Shown here one piece after another: positions 38,759 through 47,965 of a stretch of DNA of 64,000 bases (the stretch's first letter is position 1; every line of letters begins with the position of its first letter). The notes beneath the pieces are model-generated. The model saw only the letters and a program-made list of their open reading frames with translations. It did not search any database and was not told where the DNA came from. The stretch is from the NCBI GenBank assembly GCA_017502975.1, contig JAFVTV010000038.1:12194-76193 (forward strand), written 5' to 3'. Source of the stretch: Clostridia bacterium (GTDB taxonomy: Bacteria > Bacillota > Clostridia > Oscillospirales > CAG-272). Made by a program: the position numbers and the translations under genes.

Positions 38759-39590
38759 TCTTTTGCGCGCAGGATTTGTCCGTTATCTCAAAAATCCACT
38801 TGCAGTCATTGCCGCCGTTGCCTCGCTTGTGATAGGGCTTCTTGGCGGTCGCAATGCAGTCTACACCATCGATGATGTGTATTTAATCGCGTTGTTCATT
38901 GCATTTGCCGCATTTATTTCGCTACTCGTCGGGCGCGAGCACGGGGAAGGCGGCTTTCGCAATAAGGCGATCGCGGGTTACACGAAGGGACAGATCTTTT
39001 TCTCGGAATGGCTGCTGCACACGGTGTTTTGCCTGTGCCTGCTGCTGCTCTTTCTTGTCGGCTTTGCACCACTCGCGCACGAGGTGCTTTCCCCCGTGCC
39101 CGCGAGGATGCTTGCTTTGATTGCTTTGTGTTTTGTATGTATGACGGTAGCTGTTGTGACTCTGCTTTGCGTGCTTTCCATGCTGGTTAGCTCTCGCGCC
39201 GTGTCGGCGATCCTTTCGGTGCTGTTGGTGATCGGGCTGTTGTTTGCTTCTTATAAGATTGAAGAAGCGCTTTCCACACCGCAATATTATTACATAAGTC
39301 ACTATGATGAGCAAAACGAGCTTGTATGGGAAGAACAAAAGGAAAGTCCGCTTTATGTGGACGGCGCGGCGCGCACGTTTCTTACGCATCTGAATTATAC
39401 GATCCCCTTGGGGCAAAGCGAGCCGTTGATCCAGTGCATTGGTGTATGGAATTACGACGTGTCATGGATCGATGAGCATTCTTGTTCGCATCTGAAGATC
39501 GTGAAATTTTTTCCGCTTTATTCCTTGGGGCTAACGGTAACCATCGGTGGCATCGGTTATGCGATCTTCCGCCGCCGTGACCTGAGATAG
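38751..39590 (+). CDS. ABC-2-type permease subunit 1
   Basis: About six TM segments. A GTG start overlaps the ATPase stop (GTGAGTAA). The listed 38703 start would lie inside the ATPase gene. Confidence 0.7.
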   Translation: MSNLLRAGFVRYLKNPLAVIAAVASLVIGLLGGRNAVYTIDDVYLIALFIAFAAFISLLVGREHGEGGFRNKAIAGYTKGQIFFSEWLLHTVFCLCLLLLFLVGFAPLAHEVLSPVPARMLALIALCFVCMTVAVVTLLCVLSMLVSSRAVSAILSVLLVIGLLFASYKIEEALSTPQYYYISHYDEQNELVWEEQKESPLYVDGAARTFLTHLNYTIPLGQSEPLIQCIGVWNYDVSWIDEHSCSHLKIVKFFPLYSLGLTVTIGGIGYAIFRRRDLR

Positions 39591-39593
39591 GGG

Positions 39594-40448
39594 GTGGACG
39601 GCGTGAAAAATCTGCTTTCTGCCACCTTTCGGCGGCTTTTTAAGGGGAAGTTGTTTTGGATCGGCATGCTTGCCATGGGCGGTTTTGGCGCCGTTGCAAC
39701 GATCGCACGGGCACGCGATGCCTACATTCTGCAGGGAATGGGCTACGACACCCCCGACGGGCTTTTGTTTATCGGTCTCACTTATTTTCTCATCACCGTG
39801 GCGGCGTTCGATAGCCTTTTCATCGGTGCCGAGCACGCGGACGGCACGTGGCGTAATAAATTGATCGTGGGGCAAGGGAAGGTGCAGATCTATCTCACCT
39901 ACCTGATCGTCACAACCGCAGCCACGCTCCTGATGCACCTTGTCTATATCGGCGTGGTGTTGGGGCTTTCCGCATCGCTTCTGAATCCTTTTTTGACGCC
40001 GATTAGAGTGAACGTGGTCTTCTTTTTCTGCTCCCTTGCCACCGTGGTGGCAATGAATGCTCTGATGGTCACGCTTTGTATGCTCGTGCAAAACAGGGCG
40101 TTTGTGGCGGTTGGCGCAATGCTGCTTGCCATTGGCTTGATGATGGGCGGTATGACGATCTATCAAATGCTCTGCGCACCTGAATTTTTAAGCGGTCCGC
40201 CCTCGACCGTAAACGGTGTGCTGATGCCATCCCCCGAGCCCATGCCCAACCCCAAATATCTCACGGGCGCGAAGCGCGCATTCTTCCAATTTTTGCACGA
40301 TTTTCTGCCCGGTGGTCAGGCGCTGACCATTGGCACGACAGGCGAGCTGCCTGCAAATGTGTGGCGTTTGCCCGTGTTGTCTCTGTCGCTCGCCCTGCTT
40401 TCCACCCTTGGCGGCGCGTGGGGCTTTTGCCGCCGTGATTTAAAATAA
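39594..40448 (+). CDS. ABC-2-type permease subunit 2
   Basis: 284 aa with about six TM segments and the same layout as subunit 1. GTG start. Confidence 0.7.
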   Translation: MDGVKNLLSATFRRLFKGKLFWIGMLAMGGFGAVATIARARDAYILQGMGYDTPDGLLFIGLTYFLITVAAFDSLFIGAEHADGTWRNKLIVGQGKVQIYLTYLIVTTAATLLMHLVYIGVVLGLSASLLNPFLTPIRVNVVFFFCSLATVVAMNALMVTLCMLVQNRAFVAVGAMLLAIGLMMGGMTIYQMLCAPEFLSGPPSTVNGVLMPSPEPMPNPKYLTGAKRAFFQFLHDFLPGGQALTIGTTGELPANVWRLPVLSLSLALLSTLGGAWGFCRRDLK

Positions 40449-40469
40449 TATCAAAAAGGAGGTGTGCGT

Positions 40470-41348
40470 ATGGTTGCGTTATGGATCGCGGTGGGGGTGT
40501 TGTCCCTTGCCGTACTCTTGCTTGTGTGCAAGGTTTTCTCCATGCAAAAGGCGGCAAGAGAGATCGCGGCAGGTTTTGCCGAGCATCTGCAAAGCGATAC
40601 CAATACGCTGATCTGCGTATCCACCAGGGATCGACATATACGCGCACTTGCCGTTGCCATTAACCGAGAGCTGCGCACGCTACGCGAGATGCGGCACCGC
40701 TATCAAAACGGCGACAAGGAGCTGAAAAGCGCCGTCACCAATATCTCGCACGATCTGCGCACACCGCTCACCGCCATTTGCGGGTATCTTGACCTTTTAG
40801 AAGCGGAGGAAAAATCCGAGCAGACCGCCCGTTATATCGCGCAAATTGCAAACCGGATCGAGGTTTTGAAGTCGCTGACCGAGGAGCTGTTTCGCTTTTC
40901 GGTGATCTCTGCCGAGCCTGCCCTCGCGCCTGAGCGCTTGAACGTGTGCCGCGTGCTGGAGGATACGCTCATTTCCTTTTACGGCGCGCTGGAGGGAAAG
41001 GGCATAAAACCACAGATTTCTTTGCCTGATTGTGAGGTGTGGCGCACCTTGGATGCTTCTGCGCTTTCTCGGATTTTTGGCAACATCGTGAGCAATGCGG
41101 TAAAATATTCCGACGGAGATTTTAGTGTCTGTATGAGCGAGGACGGCCGCATCGTGTTTACCAATACGGCGCACACCTTGTCTGCGGTGGACGTGGAAAA
41201 GCTGTTTGACCGCTTCTATACGGTCAATTCCGCGAGAAGCTCCACAGGCCTCGGGCTTTCGATCGCCAAGATCCTGGTCGAGCGGATGGGTGGGTGTCTG
41301 TCCGCCCAATATAAGCATGGGCAGCTTAACATTATTTGTACTTTCTAA
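40470..41348 (+). CDS. Sensor histidine kinase (single N-terminal TM segment, intramembrane-sensing type)
   Basis: H-box ISHDLRTPLT, N-box NIVSNAVKYS, G-box GLGLSIAK. The ATG at 40470 lies 6 nt after aaggagg. Confidence 0.88.
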   Translation: MVALWIAVGVLSLAVLLLVCKVFSMQKAAREIAAGFAEHLQSDTNTLICVSTRDRHIRALAVAINRELRTLREMRHRYQNGDKELKSAVTNISHDLRTPLTAICGYLDLLEAEEKSEQTARYIAQIANRIEVLKSLTEELFRFSVISAEPALAPERLNVCRVLEDTLISFYGALEGKGIKPQISLPDCEVWRTLDASALSRIFGNIVSNAVKYSDGDFSVCMSEDGRIVFTNTAHTLSAVDVEKLFDRFYTVNSARSSTGLGLSIAKILVERMGGCLSAQYKHGQLNIICTF

Positions 41349-41399
41349 AAAATTATGATCTGTCGGGTCATGTGCAAAAAAGCACCACACCGTAACCGA

Positions 41400-41436
41400 A
41401 AAACACCCCAAAACGTGCTACGTTTTGGGGTGTTTT
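41400..41436. terminator. 37-nt hairpin, copy B (inverted relative to copy A)
   Basis: AAAACACCCCAAAACG-TGCTA-CGTTTTGGGGTGTTTT. The arms are identical to 36864-36900 and the loop is the reverse complement of copy A with one change. It lies between convergent genes. Confidence 0.85.
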
Positions 41437-41440
41437 CTTG

Positions 41441-42142
41441 TTATTTGCGCTTGCGCGCAGGCACGAGGGAGAGTGCGAGAAGCGCCTGCGAGGGCACGTA
41501 AAAGATCCATGCGAGGTTGAAGCCCGGGTGCGCTAAGTGGTAGATGAAGCCGCCCTTGGCGAGGGGAAGATATCCTTCAATGAGGGAAAGCCCCACAAAA
41601 ACATCACAGCAGGCAAAGAGCAAAAGCCCCGCGGCAAACAGGGGCGGCTTTTCGCCGGCAAGAAAGGCGAAGACCACATTTAAAAGCAGATTGGCGAAGT
41701 AAAACATCGAAACAAGCGCCACCGCATCGGCATTTTTGCCGAGCGCCAAAAGTGTGATAGCGAGTGTGAGAATTGGCACACCAACGCGCAAAAGTGCGTG
41801 CACGGTGCGGCGTTTTTCGTTTGTATCGGCAAAATAAATGCGCGCAAAATAGCAAAGCTGCGTTACTGAAAAAAAGAGCATGGCAGCAAGCTTTTCCTCA
41901 GCGCCCCGCAGCACCAAAAAGTAATCGGCACAAACGGTAGCGAGGAGTGCTGCTTGTGTGAAATAGTAGCACTTCGTGTGGGAGAAAAGCAAAAACGCAA
42001 ACAGGCAGGCAAGCACAACAGCCGCATAGGAGCACAAAGTAGCACCTCTGCCGGGCAGTACTTGGAGCAGGATGCCGAGCGTGAGCTCCGCTATTAAAAA
42101 CGCGCCACACAAGAGCTTGTCGAGGTGTTTATTCTTTCGCAT
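41441..42142 (-). CDS. YhhN-like (lysoplasmalogenase family) membrane protein
   Basis: 233 aa with about 7-8 TM segments. The family assignment rests on size and topology only. Confidence 0.45.
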   Translation of the reverse strand: MRKNKHLDKLLCGAFLIAELTLGILLQVLPGRGATLCSYAAVVLACLFAFLLFSHTKCYYFTQAALLATVCADYFLVLRGAEEKLAAMLFFSVTQLCYFARIYFADTNEKRRTVHALLRVGVPILTLAITLLALGKNADAVALVSMFYFANLLLNVVFAFLAGEKPPLFAAGLLLFACCDVFVGLSLIEGYLPLAKGGFIYHLAHPGFNLAWIFYVPSQALLALSLVPARKRK

Positions 42143-42208
42143 ATTCGCCCTCCTTTTTTTAATCTGCTTTTATTATAGCGCTTTCTTTGAAAAAGTCAAC
42201 CTGTTTTA

Positions 42209-42238
42209 TTGACAAGAGGGGCGCAAATTCGGTATAAT
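42209..42238 (+). promoter_or_regulatory. Sigma-A-type promoter for the MBL hydrolase gene
   Basis: TTGACA, 18 nt spacer, TATAAT. Confidence 0.55.
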
Positions 42239-42264
42239 AAAGAAAAACGATCAAGGAGCATTCT

Positions 42265-43083
42265 ATGAAGCTTACCTATCTTGGCACCTCCTCTGTTGAG
42301 GGCTTTCCCGCTGTTTTTTGTAATTGTAAAAACTGTGCCGCGGCGCGCAAGCTTGGCGGTGTGAATATTCGTACGCGTACACAGGCACTTGTCAACGAGG
42401 ATCTTTTGATCGACCTGCCCGCTGACACCCTCCATCACTTTTTGCAGTTTGGCATAGAGGCGCACAAGGTCAAGTACCTGTTTGTAACGCATTCGCATAA
42501 GGATCATTGCTACCCGCAGGAGCTGGGATGCCACCGTCACCCCTGCGCCAAGGAAATGGAGCAGCCGGTCCTGCGCGTATTTGGCAGTCACGGCGCACAC
42601 GCCCTGATGGCTCCCTTTGCCTCGGACAACGTTGTTGTGTCGGAGCTGAAGCCCTTTGATGTGGTTGAGCTTGCGGAGTACTGCGTGACCGCGCTGCCCG
42701 CTAGGCACATGGGTGAGAATGAAGGCGCACTCATTTACCTCATTGATGACGGCGAGAAGAAGGTGCTTTATGCCCATGATACAGGCTACTTTCTTGATGA
42801 GGTGTTTGATTACTTAAAGGATAACGGCATCGTGCTGGATCTGGTCAGCTACGACTGTGCTTACGGCGATAAATTCGTTGCCGATACGGGCGGACATATG
42901 GGCATTGAAAACATCGTGCGCGTGCGTGAGCGTCTTCTCGAGATCGGCGCAGTGAATGAAAAAACCATTCACGTACTCAATCATTTCTCGCATGGCATCA
43001 ATCCCTTGCAAAGCCGCCTTGAAAAGCTGGTGAGAGGCCAGGGCTTCTCTGTGGCACACGACGGCCGCGTAATGGATATCTAA
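42265..43083 (+). CDS. MBL-fold metallo-hydrolase (PhnP-like)
   Basis: HxHxDH motif (THSHKDH) and an N-terminal Cys cluster (CNCKNC). Confidence 0.8.
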   Translation: MKLTYLGTSSVEGFPAVFCNCKNCAAARKLGGVNIRTRTQALVNEDLLIDLPADTLHHFLQFGIEAHKVKYLFVTHSHKDHCYPQELGCHRHPCAKEMEQPVLRVFGSHGAHALMAPFASDNVVVSELKPFDVVELAEYCVTALPARHMGENEGALIYLIDDGEKKVLYAHDTGYFLDEVFDYLKDNGIVLDLVSYDCAYGDKFVADTGGHMGIENIVRVRERLLEIGAVNEKTIHVLNHFSHGINPLQSRLEKLVRGQGFSVAHDGRVMDI

Positions 43084-43134
43084 AAAAACAAAAACAAAGG
43101 CTTGTGCAGCTGCCATGTGGCGCTGTGCAAGCCC

Positions 43135-43602
43135 TTATTTTTTTGCAAGATTTAAAATCGGAACACCGTTTTGCTGCGCGTAGGAGCAGGTGTAAAACGT
43201 GCCACCCTGCCGTTTTGTAATGTAGGCAACGCAAAGCTCACTTCCGTCAACCAAGGCGCGGTTGCGTGCATACATACAGCCCGACCGATAAGTGTCAAAG
43301 AGAAAGCGCACGCTGTCGGCATGATCGATGATATCCTGCCAGAGAAGCCGCTCTCCCTCGCGCCAGTTTTTTGCCTGATCGCGGCAGGGCAAGATGAGGT
43401 GAAGCTTGATCTCGGGATGCTTTTCCCGCGCCGAGAGCACGCGAAGGGCGGCAAGCATATCAAAGCCAAGTGCGCCGCCCGCGCGAAATTCGGTAAAGCC
43501 CTCGGCAATCAGTGCTTCAAGGGTGCGGTCAAGGCGCAGGGTAAGAGCAAGGCGCGCGGTAGCGGGAATATCGCGGTGCCCTGTAAAGCAGCAGATCCTC
43601 AT
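43135..43602 (-). CDS. SLOG/DUF1273 family protein
   Basis: About 155 aa beginning MRICCFTGHRD, typical of DUF1273. RBS aggagg. The upstream part of the listed 448-aa ORF is a shadow frame. Confidence 0.75.
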   Translation of the reverse strand: MRICCFTGHRDIPATARLALTLRLDRTLEALIAEGFTEFRAGGALGFDMLAALRVLSAREKHPEIKLHLILPCRDQAKNWREGERLLWQDIIDHADSVRFLFDTYRSGCMYARNRALVDGSELCVAYITKRQGGTFYTCSYAQQNGVPILNLAKK

Positions 43603-43842
43603 ACGGTGCCCCTCCTTTCTTTTTTTACAGTATAGCACAAAACCCCACGCAACGGTAGCGATTTTGAAAATATTCCTCAAAAAATCAGTTTTCCATCGCA
43701 AGTTTTTCGACTTTTCGGCAGCGCACGCCGCCCCCCGACGGTTTTTTGCAGCTTTTTCCAAATAGCAATCAATTTCGGCGGCACGTGGCGACGGCTTTTG
43801 CACCTCACGGGGACTACAATAAAAGCAAAAACGGAGGTCGTT

Positions 43843-46188
43843 ATGCAAAACGAGAAAACAAAGGAGAAGCCTCGCGCGCGGGCAGAGGGGGAGCGCGCCG
43901 CGGCTGAAGAGATCTGCCGCCATCTTATTTTTGCCGCGCTTGGCGCATTGCTCTCGGCGGCAGAGCTGGTGTTTGGTGTACATCCATTTGGCATAGCGCT
44001 TGCCGCGGCGGCAAGCAAGTATTTTTACGCCACGGCGCTGGGTGTTGCCGTGTTTGCACTGGCGGTGGGGGATCATACCTCGCTTGTGGCGCTTGGGGTG
44101 CTGGCGCTGTTGCGCGTTGCGGTGTCGCTCCTTGCACAGGAAAAGATCTGTGCAAAGAACATTTTTCACGAGCGGCCGCTCTTTCGCATCGCCGCCTCGG
44201 CGGTTGCGGTGCTTGGCGTGGGTATTTCGGGAGTGGTGAGTGGGGGCTTCCGCTTTTATGATCTCTTTGCCATGCTGCTTGCCGTTGCCGCAGCACCGCT
44301 TGCCACCCTTCTTTATATCGGTGTTTTTGAACGTGAGCATGGGGTTGTGGCGTATCACTTTGAGCTTGGCGTAGCGGCACTTGTGCTTACCGCAGTGTTT
44401 GCTATGCGCACGGTCAGCTTTTTCGGCATTTATCCCGCCGCCGCCATTGCCGCAGGCATCGCCTTTTTGCTTGTTTCGCATCGCGGTATTTTGTGGGGCA
44501 CGGTTGGCGGTGCGCTGGCAGGTCTTTGCTTTGATTGGCGCATGGCGCCTGCCTTTTTGCTTTGCGGGCTCTGTTTTGGTCTGCTTGAGAAAAGCAGCAG
44601 GGGCGGCGGTGTGTTGGCAGGCAGCGCGGCAGCGGGGGCATATGCCTTTTTGGTTGCCTCTGCAGCGGGGCTTGCCTCGGTGTTGCCCTCACTGCTGGTT
44701 GCGGGCGCGCTCTTTCTTGCCTTTGACAGCGCAGGGCTTGTGGAGGGCGCACCCGTGCGCCATTTGATGCTGGCACGCCGCCGTGCGGCGGCGCAATCTG
44801 CAAGAGCAGAGGAGCAGGCGGTAAATGCATTGCAGCTAAAGGAGATGTCGGGGGCGCTGCTGGATCTTTCGGGTACGTTTTATGAGATCAGCAGCCGTAT
44901 GCGCCGCCCAAGCCTTAGTGCGCTCAGGCACCTGTGTGACAAGGCATTTGATAGCGTGTGCCCCGGGTGCCGTAACCGCGAGGTCTGCTGGGGGAGCGAC
45001 TATCAGCAAACCGCTAAGACGGTTGACGGTGTATGCCGGCGCCTGTATAAGAACGGCATGGTGCAAAAGGGGCACGTGGAGGGTGCGCTTGCCATGCGCT
45101 GTACCGAGCTTGCGCGTATTTTACATGTGATCAATAACGGCGCAACCGCGCTTGCTGAGGAGGCGCTGCATGGCGATAAAACCTCGGTCGTGGCAATGGA
45201 TTACGCGGCAATGGGGCGCGTAATCAAGGAAACCGTGGAGCAAAGCAGCGAGGATTTTGTTTGTGATACCGGTGTGGGGGAGCGTATTTTTGGGCGCCTG
45301 CTGCGCCTTGGCTACGGCCTTGAATCGGTGGCGGTGTGCGGCAAAGCACGCAGACGTGTGATTTTGCGTGGGGTACGCGCCACGGGGCGCAGTATTCGTA
45401 TGCGCGAAATTCGCGGTGTGATCGAAAAGCACTGTCATTTTACGCTCGGCTCGCCCGAGGTGCGAGAGCACGAGGGGCTTTGCGATATTGTGTTCCCCGA
45501 GCACCGCAAGCTTACCGCCTCCTCGGTAAAGCTTACGCGTCCCAAGGGCAGGGGCGAAGGAAAGCATTGCGGCGATAGCGTGGCGGCATTTGCGGGGGAG
45601 CATGGGCTTGAATATGCCTTTATTTGTGACGGCATGGGCAGCGGCACCGATGCGGCGCTTACCTCCGCGCTTGCCTCTGTGTTTTTGTCAAGGCTTTTGC
45701 AGGCAGGGGGGCGCGCGGATAGCTCGCTGCGTATGCTCAACGGCTTTCTTGCGGCACGCAGTCAGGGCGAGAGCGAGAACAGCACCACGGTCGATCTTTT
45801 GGAGATCGATTGCATCAAGGGCGAGGCGGTGCTCTTTAAATGCGGTGCCGCCCCCACGTATCTGTTGCGACGCGGCGAGGTAACACGCTTTTTCTCGCGC
45901 ACTGCGCCTGTCGGTATTTTGGAGGCACTGGATGCCGAGCGCATCACCTTTGCCGTGGAGCCCGGTGACGTGGTGGTGCAGGTCAGTGACGGCTTTACGG
46001 GTGGCGAGGAGGATTGTCCGTGGCTTTGTGAGATCATTTCCACACGTTACGACGGGGATAGCGAGGCATTTGCAAGAATGGCAATCAACCGTGCCTCGGG
46101 CGAGGGCGACGATGATCTTTCCATTATCGTGACCAAAATTGGGGAAGCACCTCTGCCGTGGGAGGCGGAAAAACGCACCAGCGCGTGA
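43843..46188 (+). CDS. spoIIE: Stage II sporulation protein E (membrane PP2C phosphatase)
   Basis: About 10 N-terminal TM segments, a central regulatory region and a C-terminal PP2C domain (FICDGMGSGTDAA ... VVVQVSDGF ... DDDLSIIV). The start at 43843 follows acggagg. Confidence 0.85.
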   Translation: MQNEKTKEKPRARAEGERAAAEEICRHLIFAALGALLSAAELVFGVHPFGIALAAAASKYFYATALGVAVFALAVGDHTSLVALGVLALLRVAVSLLAQEKICAKNIFHERPLFRIAASAVAVLGVGISGVVSGGFRFYDLFAMLLAVAAAPLATLLYIGVFEREHGVVAYHFELGVAALVLTAVFAMRTVSFFGIYPAAAIAAGIAFLLVSHRGILWGTVGGALAGLCFDWRMAPAFLLCGLCFGLLEKSSRGGGVLAGSAAAGAYAFLVASAAGLASVLPSLLVAGALFLAFDSAGLVEGAPVRHLMLARRRAAAQSARAEEQAVNALQLKEMSGALLDLSGTFYEISSRMRRPSLSALRHLCDKAFDSVCPGCRNREVCWGSDYQQTAKTVDGVCRRLYKNGMVQKGHVEGALAMRCTELARILHVINNGATALAEEALHGDKTSVVAMDYAAMGRVIKETVEQSSEDFVCDTGVGERIFGRLLRLGYGLESVAVCGKARRRVILRGVRATGRSIRMREIRGVIEKHCHFTLGSPEVREHEGLCDIVFPEHRKLTASSVKLTRPKGRGEGKHCGDSVAAFAGEHGLEYAFICDGMGSGTDAALTSALASVFLSRLLQAGGRADSSLRMLNGFLAARSQGESENSTTVDLLEIDCIKGEAVLFKCGAAPTYLLRRGEVTRFFSRTAPVGILEALDAERITFAVEPGDVVVQVSDGFTGGEEDCPWLCEIISTRYDGDSEAFARMAINRASGEGDDDLSIIVTKIGEAPLPWEAEKRTSA

Positions 46189-46359
46189 GTAAAAAATAAT
46201 ACAAAATCCTTTTAGCACAGGAGCGCCCTTTTCCATGACTCACAGCGGCTTTAGCACTTTTTGGGTCTGTGATAATTATAGCACTTTTAAGGTCTATTGT
46301 CAACCCTTTCATTTAAAAATCATATACAATTATTTTAAGGTTTAAATGGGGGATCAGGG

Positions 46360-46626
46360 ATGAACAGATTAAGGGATGTTAGAGAGGATTTTGATTTTAC
46401 CCAAAAAGAAATTGCCGAAAAACTGCATATTCAGCAAACACACTATTCGCGGTACGAACGTGGAAAGCAGATGATGGGAATTGATAAATATATGATTCTT
46501 TCTCTTTTTTACAATATTTCCATCGATTATCTTTGCGGAATGGTAGATACGCCCCGCACCTTGACGGGAATAAGTTACAAAGAGAATTTGCAGATTAAAA
46601 AGAAAAAACAAAGGGACAGTAAATGA
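46360..46626 (+). CDS. XRE-family helix-turn-helix transcriptional regulator (orphan, AT-rich)
   Basis: 88 aa with the HTH region FTQKEIAEKLHIQQTHYSRYERGK. Its composition is much more AT-rich than its neighbours. Confidence 0.8.
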   Translation: MNRLRDVREDFDFTQKEIAEKLHIQQTHYSRYERGKQMMGIDKYMILSLFYNISIDYLCGMVDTPRTLTGISYKENLQIKKKKQRDSK

Positions 46627-46698
46627 ACTGTCCCACAGGTATATGCTCTGTTTTTAAAGGCCTAGGGCTGTTGCGTTTAAGTTATGTTGCATAAAAAA

Positions 46699-46820
46699 GC
46701 CTCCCCTGTGTAAGGGGAGGTGGCTTGAGAAGCAAGACGGAGGGATTGTAAAAGCATAAATACTTTGCCAAAAACAATCCCTCACCGCCTTTGGCGGAGC
46801 TCCCTTTACACAAGGGAGCC
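46699..46820. repeat. Inverted pair of a ~50-nt two-hairpin repeat (copies R1 and R2)
   Basis: R1 (46699-46749, +) is GCCTCCCCTGTGTAAGGGGAGGTGGCTTGAGAAGCAAGACGGAGGGATTGT. R2 (46774-46820, -) reads GGCTCCCTTGTGTAAAGGGAGCTCCGCCAAAGGCGGTGAGGGATTGT. A third copy lies at 63882-63931. Confidence 0.7.
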
Positions 46821-46879
46821 TTTTTCATTTCCATGCTTTATGCAATATTCCCTTAGTGCAACAGTCCTCTTTTTATCTT

Positions 46880-47581
46880 TTATTTTATTCCGCAAAGGTC
46901 CTTGATCACAGCGCCTGCAAGCACAAGGCCTGCGGCGGCGGGCACAAAGGAGATGCTGGCGGGCGCGTGCCTGCTCCCCTCGGTAAAGGTCGTGCCGCAG
47001 GGCGGCTCGGGCGACCAGACCACCTTTAGGTGCTTAATGCCCTCCTTGCGGCAAAGCCCGCGCACGGTACGCGCGAGAGGACAGCCCTCGGTCTTGTAGA
47101 TATCGGATACACGAAAGGCGGTGGGGTCAAGCTTGTTGCCCGTACCCATTGCCGAGATAATGGGTGTGCCCGTGGCGTTTGCGCGGCGCACAAGCTCCAT
47201 TTTGGCGGCGACGGTATCGATGGCATCTATCACGTAATCATACTGTGAAAAATCAAACAGATCGGCATTTTCGGGCAGGAAAAAGGTGTTGTGCACCGTG
47301 ATTTTTACATCGGGATTGATATCGCGGGCGCGATTTGCCGCCACCTCTGTTTTATACTGTCCCACGGTGCTGTGCAGGGCAATGATCTGGCGGTTTAGAT
47401 TGCTTTTGCTCACGGTATCGTTGTCGATAAGGTCAAGCGCGCCGACACCCGCGCGCACCAGCGCCTCAACGGCATAGCCGCCAACGCCCCCAATGCCAAA
47501 CACGGCAACATGGGCGCTTTGCAACCGCGCGATTGCCGCTTCACCAATCAGGCCTGCGGTTCTTATGAATTGTTCCTTCAT
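46880..47581 (-). CDS. tcdA: tRNA threonylcarbamoyladenosine dehydratase (ThiF/MoeB-fold, TcdA-like)
   Basis: 233 aa with a Rossmann motif (VAVFGIGGVGGYAVEAL) and typical TcdA size and sequence. Confidence 0.8.
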   Translation of the reverse strand: MKEQFIRTAGLIGEAAIARLQSAHVAVFGIGGVGGYAVEALVRAGVGALDLIDNDTVSKSNLNRQIIALHSTVGQYKTEVAANRARDINPDVKITVHNTFFLPENADLFDFSQYDYVIDAIDTVAAKMELVRRANATGTPIISAMGTGNKLDPTAFRVSDIYKTEGCPLARTVRGLCRKEGIKHLKVVWSPEPPCGTTFTEGSRHAPASISFVPAAAGLVLAGAVIKDLCGIK

Positions 47582-47584
47582 AGA

Positions 47585-47965
47585 TCAGGGTGTGGGAGTG
47601 CCAAAGCCTGCGCGTGCGCGCTCGGCGGTGTCGATCATTTGATTGATCTCATACTGCACCAGCGCGATGGTAGCGACGGGCACGAAAAAGCCAAGCACCA
47701 TCCAAAGAAGCTTGTTGTCGTTTTTTTGCATGCCGTACATTTCCTTGATCGCGTTTATGTTATCATCGGCGTCAAGGCCAAGCAGTAAGCCGCCAACGTT
47801 TGCATAAAAGAGCATCATCAGTGTGGTGAGGATAACGGGAATAGAAGTTTTTTTGCCCTGCTGCTGCAGTGCTGTGCAGGTCACATATGTCCACCAGACT
47901 GCGTAAATACCGCAGGTGAGAAGTGAAAAAATAACGACAGTTGCAATGTTGCGTTTTGTAAGCAT
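47585..47965 (-). CDS. DUF4234-like small membrane protein
   Basis: The TCGIYAVWW motif and three TM segments. The start at 47965 follows ggagg. Confidence 0.65.
   Translation of the reverse strand: MLTKRNIATVVIFSLLTCGIYAVWWTYVTCTALQQQGKKTSIPVILTTLMMLFYANVGGLLLGLDADDNINAIKEMYGMQKNDNKLLWMVLGFFVPVATIALVQYEINQMIDTAERARAGFGTPTP

Noticed and set aside
43603-43842. Spo0A boxes in the spoIIE upstream region (TTTTCGACTTTT around 43705).
   Set aside because: There is only a single imperfect match (TTCGACT against TTCGNCA) and no clear -35/-10 pair that I could align. That is too weak to report as a feature.
43603-44481. N-terminal 290 codons of the listed 448-aa ORF (43135-44481, minus strand) overlapping spoIIE.
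   Set aside because: Only the last ~155 codons (from MRICCFTGHRD, which has its own AGGAGG RBS) look like a real protein (DUF1273/SLOG). The upstream part is highly basic junk antisense to the spoIIE membrane domain.
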